Source: Gammaproteobacteria bacterium (GTDB lineage: Bacteria > Pseudomonadota > Gammaproteobacteria > Pseudomonadales > Pseudohongiellaceae). From it: 64,000 nucleotides of DNA. Below the pieces are notes generated by a model. That model was not told the origin of the DNA. It saw nothing but the letters and a program-made list of their open reading frames with translations, and did no database searches. The stretch is from NCBI GenBank assembly GCA_947457195.1, contig CANGUU010000007.1:2967-66966 (forward strand). Direction: 5' to 3'. The position numbers were made by a program, and so were the translations under genes. Each line of letters starts with the position of its first letter. Position 1 is the first letter of the stretch. Of the stretch, positions 15,936 through 24,981 are shown in pieces.

Positions 15936-17596
15936 CGGCCGCTATCTATTTTCATCCGGAAGCCTACTCCACCAGCGGCCCCAAGCTGATGGGGCGCAAC
16001 GCAGCAGGAGAGTCGTTCCTGCGAGGATTCCTGACCCATGCCACTGCAACCCAATGGTGGGCCCAGGTACAACGACCAGAGCATGGCACGGCCTTCGCGC
16101 ACATTGTCCGCCAGCACGGCCGTCATGAGCCGGTGAAGATCATCGACAACCGCGCGCTGCCCTCACTCGCCGATGCAAGCGTCGTCTACTACCCCGGCCC
16201 CGGTATCGGTTCGCATGCACTTGAGCGCGCGGCGTATGGACACGGCGCCTGGAGTCTGTGCGGGATCACCCATACCACCAGCAGCGCCGTGGCTATGGAC
16301 GCTATCACAGCGCTCATCACGCAACCGGTATACCCTTGGGACGCCGTGATATGTACATCCACGGCAGTCAAGGACAATGTCAACCGCCTGCTGCAAGCGC
16401 AGGTCGACTACCTGCAGGACCGACTCGGTATTACCCGCCTGCCCCTGCCACAGTTGCCGGTGATTCCGCTGGGTATCCACACCACTGACTTTGAATTCAG
16501 CCCACAACAGCGGTTCGAAGCTCGTGCGCGGCTTGGCCTTAGCGAGCGCCATGATGCCTTGGTAGTACTTTATGTGGGCAGGTTGTCCTTCCATGCCAAG
16601 GCCCACCCGCTTGCCATGTACCAGGCGCTCGAAGCAGCCGCTCGGCGCAGTGGCAGGGATGTCGTGTTGGTGGAATGTGGCTGGCATGCCAACGAGTCGA
16701 TAAAGCAGGCCTTCGTTGCTGCGCAGCAGTCGGCTTGTCCATCAATCACCTGTCGACTGCTCGACGGTAGGAGCTCGGCGGATCGAGAAACTGCCTGGGC
16801 TGCAGCCGATGTGTTCTGTTCATTATCGGATAACATCCAGGAGACCTTCGGTATTGTCCCCATCGAAGCGATGGCAGCCGGGCTGCCGGTGGTAGTGTCC
16901 GACTGGGACGGCTACAAGGATACGGTGCGCCACGGCATTGACGGGTTCCGCATCCCCACTACCATGCCAGCACCCCGCTTAGGAGGCGATCTTGCAATGC
17001 GCCATGCGCTTGAGATCGATACCTATGACATGTACTGCGGACATACATGTTCGCTGGTGGCGGTCGATGTGCAGGCGGCCGCCGCTGCCTTCACTGCCTT
17101 GTTTGAGTCACCGGAGGCACGACGTCGCTACGGTATGGCTGCCAGGCAGCATGCACGGGAGCATTACGACTGGGGCGTGATTATTCCGCGCTATGAGCAG
17201 CTCTGGCGTGAACTTGGAGAGCGGAGACAGGCGAGCGCAGCAGGACTCAAGACACTGCCTTTTCCGTGGCCTGCACGCATGGATCCATTCCACAGTTTTG
17301 CCAGCTATCCAAGCCAGACCCTTACGGCTGATAGTCTATTGGAAGTGGTGGACTCCGAACCGGCCGTGGCAGCCGCCAGACTGGCGCAGTACCGCGGACT
17401 GGCGATGGTCAGCTTCGCGAAGACCGTCCTCCCCAGCGACGATGAAACCACAGCCATCTTGCAGAACGCTTACCGTTACGGCGGGGCTGCGACGGCTGCA
17501 AACTTACTGACTGGTATCGTGCCTGCCCGGCAGCCGTACGTACTCCGAGCACTCTCCTGGCTACTGAAGTTGGGAATCCTGCGACTGCGAGCATGA
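15932..17596 (+). CDS. Glycosyltransferase family 4 (GT-B fold)
   Basis: The start at ATG 15932 overlaps the upstream stop. The C-terminal GT4 signature region is FCSLSDNIQETFGIVPIEAMAAGLPVVVSDWDGYKDTV (the EX7E region). Confidence 0.8.
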   Translation: MTAAIYFHPEAYSTSGPKLMGRNAAGESFLRGFLTHATATQWWAQVQRPEHGTAFAHIVRQHGRHEPVKIIDNRALPSLADASVVYYPGPGIGSHALERAAYGHGAWSLCGITHTTSSAVAMDAITALITQPVYPWDAVICTSTAVKDNVNRLLQAQVDYLQDRLGITRLPLPQLPVIPLGIHTTDFEFSPQQRFEARARLGLSERHDALVVLYVGRLSFHAKAHPLAMYQALEAAARRSGRDVVLVECGWHANESIKQAFVAAQQSACPSITCRLLDGRSSADRETAWAAADVFCSLSDNIQETFGIVPIEAMAAGLPVVVSDWDGYKDTVRHGIDGFRIPTTMPAPRLGGDLAMRHALEIDTYDMYCGHTCSLVAVDVQAAAAAFTALFESPEARRRYGMAARQHAREHYDWGVIIPRYEQLWRELGERRQASAAGLKTLPFPWPARMDPFHSFASYPSQTLTADSLLEVVDSEPAVAAARLAQYRGLAMVSFAKTVLPSDDETTAILQNAYRYGGAATAANLLTGIVPARQPYVLRALSWLLKLGILRLRA

Positions 17597-18837
17597 AGAT
17601 CCTTTTCATCCACCAGAATTTCCCCGGTCAGTTCAAGCACCTGGCGCCGGCGCTGGTAGCAGGAGGACACGAGGTGTTCGCTACCACCATGCGCGAAAAG
17701 GAGCGCAGGGTGGTGGACGGAGTGACCTTGATCCCCTACACGAACACCCGCGGCTCGACGCCCAACATCCATCCGTGGGCTACCGATTTCGAAACCCAGA
17801 TCATCCGTGCCGAAGCCTGCTTCCATGCGGCGTTGGCGCTGCGCGCCTCCGGCTTTGCCCCCGATCTGATCATTGCCCACCACGGATGGGGCGAAAGCCT
17901 TTTCCTGAAGGAGGTGTGGCCTCAGGCCCGGTTGGCCATCTACTGCGAATTCTTTTACCGGTCGGAGGGGGCAGACACGAACTTCGATCCCGAGTTTCCA
18001 CCCAAGGATGCTGGCGAGGTGTGCCGCCTGCACCTGAAGAACGTCAATAACCTGCTTCACTTTGAAGTGGCTGATGCAGGACTCAGTCCCACGCAGTGGC
18101 AGGCCAGTACTTTTCCGTCGCGCTTTCGCAGCAAGATTACCGTCGTGCACGATGGCATCGATACAGCGCTGCTGACGCCCAATCCGGCGGCCAGAATCAC
18201 GCTCAACGGTACATTACAGCTCACGCGCGAGAACGAAGTGATCACCTTCGTCAACCGCAACCTCGAACCGTATCGCGGGTATCACATCTTCATGCGCGCG
18301 TTGCCGGACATATTGCGGCGGCGCCCCAACGCGCGGGTGCTGTTGGTGGGCGGCGACGACGTGAGCTACGGGGCCCGGCCCGCGGAGGGCAGGAAATGGC
18401 GCGATATTTTTGCTGAAGAGGTGCGTCCCCACATAAGCGCCGCCGATTGGGCGCGGGTGCATTTCCTCGGCCATATTCCCTACCAGCATTTTGTTCCGTT
18501 GCTGCAGCTGTCGACGGTGCATGTGTACCTCACCTACCCCTTCGTGCTGTCGTGGAGCCTGCTGGAGGCCATGAGCGTGGGCTGCGCCATCGTGGCCAGC
18601 AATACCGCGCCGCTGCGCGAGGCAATTGAGCACGACAAGACTGGCCGAATGGTGGATTTTTTCGACGTGGCCGGCCTCGCCGATGAAGTGTGCGCCCTGC
18701 TCGCGGACCCGGCCGCTCGCCTGCGGCTCGGGCAGTCTGCCCGCGCCTTTGCCCGCCTCCACTACGATCTGCGGAGCGTCTGCCTGCCACAGCAACTGGC
18801 CTGGGTTGAGAGTCTGCTGAAACGCCGTAATCCCTGA
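17593..18837 (+). CDS. Glycosyltransferase family 4 (GT-B fold)
   Basis: 414 aa, with an ATGA overlap to the previous gene. The N-terminus is MKILFIHQNFPGQFKHLAPAL. The C-terminal motif is YPFVLSWSLLEAMSVGCAIVASNTAPLREAI. Confidence 0.8.
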   Translation: MKILFIHQNFPGQFKHLAPALVAGGHEVFATTMREKERRVVDGVTLIPYTNTRGSTPNIHPWATDFETQIIRAEACFHAALALRASGFAPDLIIAHHGWGESLFLKEVWPQARLAIYCEFFYRSEGADTNFDPEFPPKDAGEVCRLHLKNVNNLLHFEVADAGLSPTQWQASTFPSRFRSKITVVHDGIDTALLTPNPAARITLNGTLQLTRENEVITFVNRNLEPYRGYHIFMRALPDILRRRPNARVLLVGGDDVSYGARPAEGRKWRDIFAEEVRPHISAADWARVHFLGHIPYQHFVPLLQLSTVHVYLTYPFVLSWSLLEAMSVGCAIVASNTAPLREAIEHDKTGRMVDFFDVAGLADEVCALLADPAARLRLGQSARAFARLHYDLRSVCLPQQLAWVESLLKRRNP

Positions 18838-19011
18838 AATCTGGCGGACCCCGGGTCGGGGCCTGCGACCGACGCCGCAAACGCGAGGGTCTGCTGCGGT
18901 GTGCCATACCGGCCCCACCCGTTGCTGGTGCCTGGGGCAAGTGCTACCGTTCGCCGCCCTTGCACCAGGTACTGCTCCCCGTTGTCCACAGGCCACTCCG
19001 GCACCCTCCCC

Positions 19012-19797
19012 ATGCCCGAACTCCACGTCGTTAGCTGGCAAGACCACGGCGCCAAGCGCTGGCTCAAGCCTTTCTCTTACGCGTTCGCCGCTGGCGATCA
19101 ATTGGTGGCCCTGGGCCTGGCCGAAGTGCCGCGTGCTGCGATGGTGCTGCCGCTGGCCTTTGCCAAGAGCGGGGGCAGTTACCTGCCAGTGGCGGTGCTC
19201 GGCTTCAAGCAGGGCCACAATTTGGTCGTGAGCGCAGACGGTCGCTGGCTGCCTGATTACGTGCCGCTGTTCTTCCGCAGCCACCCGTTCCGGCTGGCCC
19301 GCAATGCCGACGGCAACTTTGTGCTTTGCGTGATCGGCGACAGCGGACTCATCACGGACGGGCCTGCCGGCAACCGGTTCTACGACGATGAACGCAAGCC
19401 TACGCCGGAAACCAGCGCCATCGGCACCGCACTGCTGCAGTTGGAAAACGACAAGGCCTCGATGCTGAAGGCCACCGCCATCCTCGCCGAGCACGACGCC
19501 ATCGAGCCTTGGCCGTTCCGCGTGCAGGAGGCCGAGGGCATCAAGACCTACGAAAACGTCTACCGCGTGAACGAAAGCAAGCTGAACCAGCTCCCCGCCG
19601 ATGCACTGGCGGCCCTTCGCAACAGCGGTGGCCTGGTACTGGCCTATGCGCAGCTGCTTTCCATGCAGCACCTGCCGCAACTGGCGGCCGCGGCGCCGCG
19701 TAGCGCCTGGGGCCAGCAGAACCCCGAGCCTGTGCGCCGGGTTGCCGCCCTCAACATCGTCGATGACAATGGCACGCTGTCGTTTGCCCACTTGTAG
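19012..19797 (+). CDS. SapC-family protein
   Basis: The start is at ATG 19012. Segments typical of SapC are LAEVPRAAMVLPLAF...YVPLFFRSHPFRLARNADGNFVLCV. The family was named from the Campylobacter fetus sapCDEF S-layer secretion locus. Confidence 0.7.
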   Translation: MPELHVVSWQDHGAKRWLKPFSYAFAAGDQLVALGLAEVPRAAMVLPLAFAKSGGSYLPVAVLGFKQGHNLVVSADGRWLPDYVPLFFRSHPFRLARNADGNFVLCVIGDSGLITDGPAGNRFYDDERKPTPETSAIGTALLQLENDKASMLKATAILAEHDAIEPWPFRVQEAEGIKTYENVYRVNESKLNQLPADALAALRNSGGLVLAYAQLLSMQHLPQLAAAAPRSAWGQQNPEPVRRVAALNIVDDNGTLSFAHL

Positions 19798-19818
19798 CCG
19801 TCTCTCGCGGAACCCTGC

Positions 19819-20697
19819 ATGCGCCATGCTGGTTTGACACCGCCTTTGCTCCGCCGCGCCGCAGCGGCCGGCGGCGTACCGTGCGCCGCAGTCCGGCTGA
19901 TCCCCGCCGTGCGGGCTGCATTTCCTGCGGCAGCACGCGCGGCGGTCTGTGCGGTATCGATCCTCGCCACCACGCCCACCCTGCAGGCGCAGGAGCTTAC
20001 CCTGTTCGAACCGGTGGACACCGGCGGCGCTGCCGAGCTGCCGGAGGGCCCGCAGCCGCTGGAGCCGCAGAACGGCCAGCCAGCCTTTACCGTGCGCGGC
20101 ACCCTGCAGGTGGGTGACCAGTACCGCGCCGTGCTGGTGGATCGTGCCGGTCAGAGCCGCACGGTCACCTGGCAGCCCGGCGCGGTGGTGCCGCTGCCCG
20201 GCTACGCGGGCTTTGGCGTGACCCGCATCGATGCGCGCACGGTATCGCTGCAGCACCCGGCGTCCGACCCCTGCGTCGCCGCCGCTGCCCAGGGCGTTAC
20301 CTGCCAGGACGGCAGCACCTCGCTGCTGCGCGTGGCCACCGCCAGCGCGCCGCTGCAGCAGGCCCCGGCCGCCGTGGGCCCCACACCGCCGGCGCAAGAC
20401 CTGCCAGCGGTCGACCTGCCACCCATGAATCCCTTCGAAGCCGCCATCCGCGCCCAGGCCGCGCAGCAGCAGGCCGGTGGCCAGCCCGGCACCTTCGTGA
20501 ATCCTTTCAACGGCGAAACCCAGATCATCGAGCTCGGTTCGCCCGAGGGGCAGCAGCAGCGCGAAGCCCGCCAGCAGGCGCGGCAGGAGCGGCTCAACCG
20601 CCTGCAGCTGCAGCGCATCCCCGCCGACCAGGTGCCGCCCGGCATGCGCGTGGTGACCACGCCCTTTGGCGACCGCCTGGTGCCGGTCGGGCAATGA
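19819..20697 (+). CDS. Hypothetical secreted protein (beta-rich N-terminal domain, Q/P-rich tail)
   Basis: 292 aa with a signal-like segment ending TPTLQAQE. The stop overlaps the GT2 start (ATGA at 20694). I could not assign a family. The core FTVRGTLQVGDQYRAVLVDRAGQSRTVTWQPGAVVP...VTRIDARTVSL is reminiscent of PilP/GspC-HR type beta-sandwiches. Confidence 0.45.
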   Translation: MRHAGLTPPLLRRAAAAGGVPCAAVRLIPAVRAAFPAAARAAVCAVSILATTPTLQAQELTLFEPVDTGGAAELPEGPQPLEPQNGQPAFTVRGTLQVGDQYRAVLVDRAGQSRTVTWQPGAVVPLPGYAGFGVTRIDARTVSLQHPASDPCVAAAAQGVTCQDGSTSLLRVATASAPLQQAPAAVGPTPPAQDLPAVDLPPMNPFEAAIRAQAAQQQAGGQPGTFVNPFNGETQIIELGSPEGQQQREARQQARQERLNRLQLQRIPADQVPPGMRVVTTPFGDRLVPVGQ

Positions 20698-21530
20698 GCC
20701 AGCCGGGCCCGCTTCCCGCGGCCGGCGGCACAGGCTGCCTCAGCACGTCGCTCGTGACCTTCCGCGCCGATCGTGCGCTGCTGCAGCGCACGCTGGCCGC
20801 CTACGCCGCCGCCACCGCGCCGCTGCTGGACTGTGGCTGGCGCTGCCAGCTCACCGTGGTGGACAACGCCAGCAGCCCGGCTGACCGTGCCGCCCTGCAG
20901 GCGCTCTTGCCACCCACCGCCACGCTGCTGGCCAACCAAGGCAACCCGGGCTTCGGCCGCGCCCACAATCAGGTGATCGCCGCTGCCGCGTCGGATTTCC
21001 ACCTCATCCTCAATCCCGACCTCGACATGGCGCCGGACGCGCTGACCGAAGGCCTGCGTTACCTGCAGCAGCACGCCGCGGTGGTGGCGGTGTCGCCAAG
21101 CTGCCGCAATGGCAGCGGCCAGCCGGAATCGCTCTGCAAGCGGCTGCCGAGCGTGCTGGACCTCACGCTGCGCGGCTTTGCGCCGGCCTGGCTGCGGCAG
21201 CGCTGCGCAGCGCGGCTGGCGCACTACGCCTGTGCCGACCTGCTCGCCGCCGCCACCCCCGTGGCCGTGCCGCTGGCCAGTGGCTGCTGGTTGCTCTGCC
21301 GCACCGCGGCACTGCAGGCCGTGGGTGGCTTCGACCCGCGCTACTTCCTCTACTTCGAAGACTTCGCGCTGTCGCTGGCCCTCACCCGCCACGGCGCACT
21401 GCACCACGTGCCGGCCTGCCGCGTGCTGCACCACGGGGGTCAGGCCGCACGCAAAGGCTGGCGCCACCGCTGGCTGTTTGCCCGCTCCGCGGCGCAGTTC
21501 TTCGCCCAGCACGGCTGGCGCTGGGCCTGA
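20694..21530 (+). CDS. Glycosyltransferase family 2
   Basis: 278 aa. The GT-A style motifs are STSLVTFRAD, VVDNASS, NQGNPGFGRAHNQ, ILNPDLDM and FFLYFEDFALS. Confidence 0.75.
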   Translation: MSQPGPLPAAGGTGCLSTSLVTFRADRALLQRTLAAYAAATAPLLDCGWRCQLTVVDNASSPADRAALQALLPPTATLLANQGNPGFGRAHNQVIAAAASDFHLILNPDLDMAPDALTEGLRYLQQHAAVVAVSPSCRNGSGQPESLCKRLPSVLDLTLRGFAPAWLRQRCAARLAHYACADLLAAATPVAVPLASGCWLLCRTAALQAVGGFDPRYFLYFEDFALSLALTRHGALHHVPACRVLHHGGQAARKGWRHRWLFARSAAQFFAQHGWRWA

Positions 21531-21534
21531 GCCC

Positions 21535-22431
21535 ATGGCAACACTGCTCATCACTGGTGCCAGCGGCTACCTCGGCCGCACCCTTGTACCGCTGGCTTTG
21601 GCCGCCGGGGATGCGGTGCGTGTGCTCACGCGGCACGCGGACCGGCTGAACGCGCTGCCCTGGGCCCCTGCGGTGGCAGTGGTGGAGGGAGACCTCGCCG
21701 ACCCCGCCGTCTGCGCCCGTGCCTGCGACGAAGTGGATGTGGTGCTGCACCTCGCCGGGCTGGCGCACGCCCGGGCCAGCGCCGCCGACTACCGCCGCGA
21801 GCTGCTGGACAACAGCCTGCAGCTGGCCGCCGCCGCCAGCGCGGCCGGCGCGCGCCGCTTCGTCTACCTCAGCAGCTGCAAGGCCGCCTACCCCGGCCAC
21901 TCACCTTACGCTCTCTACAAGCAGCGCACCGAGCACGCCCTGCTGGCGCTGGCACCGGCGCTGGACGTGGTCTGCCTGCGCCCGGGCCCGGTCTACGGCC
22001 CCGGTCTGCGCAACAACCTCGCCACCCTGCTGCAACTGGCGCGGCTGCGCTGGTTACCGTTCCTTCCACGAGGCACGGCCGCATTCAGCCTGATCGGTGC
22101 GGAGGACTGCGCGCGCGCCGTCCTGCTGGCCGCTACGCACCCGGCGCTGCCGGGCCGCGTGTGGGCACTCGACGATGGCGTGCAGTACACGCTGCCGGCG
22201 CTGGTAGCCGCCGTTCGCCGCCAGCACGGGCTGCCGGCAGTGCCGGTGCACCTGCCGGCCGGGTGGACGCGCCCGCTGCTCGGGCTGTTGCCGGTGCTGC
22301 GCCGGCGGGGCATCGGTCTGGCCACCGGCCACGTGCTGTTCGACGAGCACTACCCGGTGGACCCGGCTTTTGCGGAAGCCACCGGCTTTGCGGCCAGCAC
22401 CGATTTCTACCGGGAACTCGGCTCACTCTGA
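21535..22431 (+). CDS. NAD-dependent epimerase/dehydratase (extended SDR), possible sugar 4-ketoreductase/epimerase
   Basis: The Rossmann motif is LITGASGYLG and the catalytic YxxxK is SPYALYKQ. It is adjacent to rfbC and rfbB. Confidence 0.75.
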   Translation: MATLLITGASGYLGRTLVPLALAAGDAVRVLTRHADRLNALPWAPAVAVVEGDLADPAVCARACDEVDVVLHLAGLAHARASAADYRRELLDNSLQLAAAASAAGARRFVYLSSCKAAYPGHSPYALYKQRTEHALLALAPALDVVCLRPGPVYGPGLRNNLATLLQLARLRWLPFLPRGTAAFSLIGAEDCARAVLLAATHPALPGRVWALDDGVQYTLPALVAAVRRQHGLPAVPVHLPAGWTRPLLGLLPVLRRRGIGLATGHVLFDEHYPVDPAFAEATGFAASTDFYRELGSL

Positions 22432-22661
22432 GCCCACGGCTGCCCTCAGAAGCTTTCCAGCGTGAGCAGGGCGCTGTAGCCGCTGGCCAACGCGAGCGGT
22501 GCGCGCCATCGCTGCCGAGCTGACTGACCGGGCAGCCCACCTGCGCCGCTTGTGAGAGAATCACGGCGCCGGGCGCCAGCGGCCCGCCGTCGGTGCAGCC
22601 GGCTGCAGGCGCTACTACCTGCCACGCGTGCCCGGCATCTGGCCTGACCAAGGACTACTCG

Positions 22662-23204
22662 ATGCAACTCGTGCCCACCGCCCACCCCGACGTGCTGATC
22701 CTCGAGCCGCAGGTGCACGGCGATCACCGCGGTTTTTTTCTCGAGACCTTTCGCGGCTCGGTGTTTGCCGCGGCCGGACTGCCCGACGTGTTCGTGCAGG
22801 ACAACCACAGCCGGTCGGCGGCGGGCATCCTGCGCGGGCTGCACTACCAGCTTCAGCAGCCGCAGGGCAAGCTGGTGCGCTGCATCGCCGGCCGCGTGTT
22901 CGACGTGGCGGTGGACATCCGCCGGAGTTCCCCGCGCTTCCGCCAGTGGGTGGGCGTGGAGCTCAGCGCCGACAACAAGCGTGCGCTGTGGATACCGCCC
23001 GGCTTCGCTCACGGTTTTCTGGTGCTCGGTGAGTCGGCCGAGATCACTTACAAATGCACGACCTACTACCACCCGGCGTCGGACCGCAGCCTGCGCTGGG
23101 ACGACCCTACGCTGGGCATCGCCTGGCCGCTGGCGTCGGCGCCGGTGCTGTCCGACAAGGACCGGCTGGCACCGCTGCTGACGGCAGCCGAACTGTTCCC
23201 CTGA
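22662..23204 (+). CDS. rfbC: dTDP-4-dehydrorhamnose 3,5-epimerase
   Basis: 180 aa. Motifs are DHRGFFLETF, RGLHYQ and ALWIPPGFAHGF. Confidence 0.9.
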   Translation: MQLVPTAHPDVLILEPQVHGDHRGFFLETFRGSVFAAAGLPDVFVQDNHSRSAAGILRGLHYQLQQPQGKLVRCIAGRVFDVAVDIRRSSPRFRQWVGVELSADNKRALWIPPGFAHGFLVLGESAEITYKCTTYYHPASDRSLRWDDPTLGIAWPLASAPVLSDKDRLAPLLTAAELFP

Positions 23205-23254
23205 GCGCAGACGCCGGCCGGAATCAGGCCCCCCTACAGACAGGACCCTTCTTG

Positions 23255-24331
23255 ATGAAAGCACTCTTGGTCACCGGCGGCGCCGGTTTCATCGGCAGCA
23301 ACTTCGTGCACTTCTGGCAGGCGCGCCACCCCGGGCACACGCTGGTGGTGCTGGACGCGCTCACCTACGCCGGCAACCGTCACAATCTGCAGGCCTGCCA
23401 GGGCAGGGCGGGCTTCCACTTCGTGCACGGCAGCATCAACGACCAGCCGCTGGTGGAGCAGCTTCTCACCCAGTACGGCATCGACACCGTTGTGCACTTT
23501 GCCGCCGAAAGCCACGTGGACCGCTCGATCTACGGCCCCGACGCCTTCATCGAAACCAACGTGCTCGGCACGCACACGCTGCTGAAAGCCGCGCGCAAGG
23601 TGTGGAGCGAGCAGGGCGGCTTCGACGGCAAGCGTTTCCACCACGTGTCCACCGACGAGGTCTACGGCACGCTCGGCCCCGGCGATCCGGCCTTCTGCGA
23701 GACCACGCCTTACGCGCCCAATTCGCCCTACGCCGCCAGCAAGGCCTGCTCCGACCATCTGGTGCGCGCCTACCACCACACCTACGGGCTGCCGGTGACC
23801 ACCAGCAACTGCTCGAACAACTACGGCCCCTACCAGTTCCCCGAAAAACTGCTGCCCCTCTGCCTGCTCAACATCCTGCAGGGCAAGCCGCTGCCGCTGT
23901 ACGGCAATGGCCTGCAGATCCGAGACTGGCTGCATGTGGACGATCATAACCGGGGCATTGCGCTGATCCTCGACCGCGGCGCGCTCGGAGACACCTACAA
24001 CATCGGTGGCAACAACGAGTGGACCAATCTCGACACGGTGAAGCTGCTGTGCCGCACCGCAGACGCCGCGTTTGCGGCGGATCCTTCGCTCGCACGGCGC
24101 TTTCCCGAGAGCCCCTGCAGCCGCGGGCTGGAGGCAGCCAGCCTCATCACCTTCGTGAAGGACCGGCCCGGGCACGACACCCGTTACGCGATCGATGCCG
24201 GCAAGCTCACCCGCGAACTGGGCTACACTCCGGCGCACAGTTTCGCCGAGGGACTCGCGGCCACCGTGGCCTGGTACCTCGCCCACGAACCCTGGTGGCG
24301 CGGCATCCAGGACCAGAGTTACCGGCACTGA
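23255..24331 (+). CDS. rfbB: dTDP-glucose 4,6-dehydratase
   Basis: 358 aa. Motifs are VTGGAGFIGSNF, HFAAESHVDRS, the YxxxK PYAASKACSDHL and RPGHDTRYAID. Confidence 0.92.
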   Translation: MKALLVTGGAGFIGSNFVHFWQARHPGHTLVVLDALTYAGNRHNLQACQGRAGFHFVHGSINDQPLVEQLLTQYGIDTVVHFAAESHVDRSIYGPDAFIETNVLGTHTLLKAARKVWSEQGGFDGKRFHHVSTDEVYGTLGPGDPAFCETTPYAPNSPYAASKACSDHLVRAYHHTYGLPVTTSNCSNNYGPYQFPEKLLPLCLLNILQGKPLPLYGNGLQIRDWLHVDDHNRGIALILDRGALGDTYNIGGNNEWTNLDTVKLLCRTADAAFAADPSLARRFPESPCSRGLEAASLITFVKDRPGHDTRYAIDAGKLTRELGYTPAHSFAEGLAATVAWYLAHEPWWRGIQDQSYRH

Positions 24332-24366
24332 GACAACGCCCCCCGACGGGTGCGCGGAGACGCACG

Positions 24367-24981
24367 ATGCGCTTGACCACGATCGCCCTGCTGCTCATCG
24401 GCCTCTGTGCCTTGCTGGCGGCGCCGCTGCTGCGCGCCACCACCGTGCTGGAGCTCAGCTTCGAGGAACTGGTGGCCGGGTCGGCGGTGATCGTGCGCGG
24501 CAGTGTCGTTGGGCAACGCGCAGTCTTCGACGGTCAGCTGCCGCACACCGAGGTGGACGTGGCCGTGGCGGAAACCCTGAAAGGCCGTGCGCCGGCCCTG
24601 CTGACGCTGAGCTTCGTGGGTGGTGAACACGAGGGCGTGGAGTTGAGCGTGGCCGGCCAGTTCGTGCCACCACCGGGCAGCATCGGCGTGTTCTTCATCG
24701 ACGACCTTGGCACGCCGCTCGTCAATCCGCTCACCGGCTGGCACCAGGGTTTCTTTCCGCTGTTCACCGACCCGTTCGGCGACACCTGGCTCGACCTGCG
24801 GCAGCGACCGGATTTCCGCATTGCCGGGCTGCCCACCGAGCCGCTGGTAGCCAAGATGCAGGACCTCGGCTTCAGCGCCGCCGCCATCGAGCGCAGGGTA
24901 CCCGAGCTTGGTCTGTTCGCCTGGGAGGATTTCCGGGCGGCACTGCGAGCCGAAATCACCCGGCTGGCGGAGGCGCGCTGA
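24367..24981 (+). CDS. Hypothetical secreted protein, translationally coupled to the matrixin gene
   Basis: 204 aa with signal peptide MRLTTIALLLIGLCALLAAPLLRA. The stop/start overlap is TGATG at 24979-24983. No family was recognised. Confidence 0.5.
   Translation: MRLTTIALLLIGLCALLAAPLLRATTVLELSFEELVAGSAVIVRGSVVGQRAVFDGQLPHTEVDVAVAETLKGRAPALLTLSFVGGEHEGVELSVAGQFVPPPGSIGVFFIDDLGTPLVNPLTGWHQGFFPLFTDPFGDTWLDLRQRPDFRIAGLPTEPLVAKMQDLGFSAAAIERRVPELGLFAWEDFRAALRAEITRLAEAR

Noticed and set aside
21109-22431. The 440-aa ORF as an extended epimerase, and similar 5'-extended ORFs at 9262, 18901, 23054, 24019, 42962, 43792 and 49936.
   Set aside because: The upstream extensions overlap the preceding genes and are low-complexity. 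Internal starts were preferred: 21535, 9469, 19012, 23255, 24367, 43313, 44104 and 50632. These give canonical N-termini and typical 1-4 nt stop/start overlaps.
10930-24331. The low-GC surface-glycan region considered as a mobile genomic island or prophage.
   Set aside because: I could find no integrase, transposase, tRNA attachment site, phage genes or flanking direct repeats. Only the compositional signal remains.
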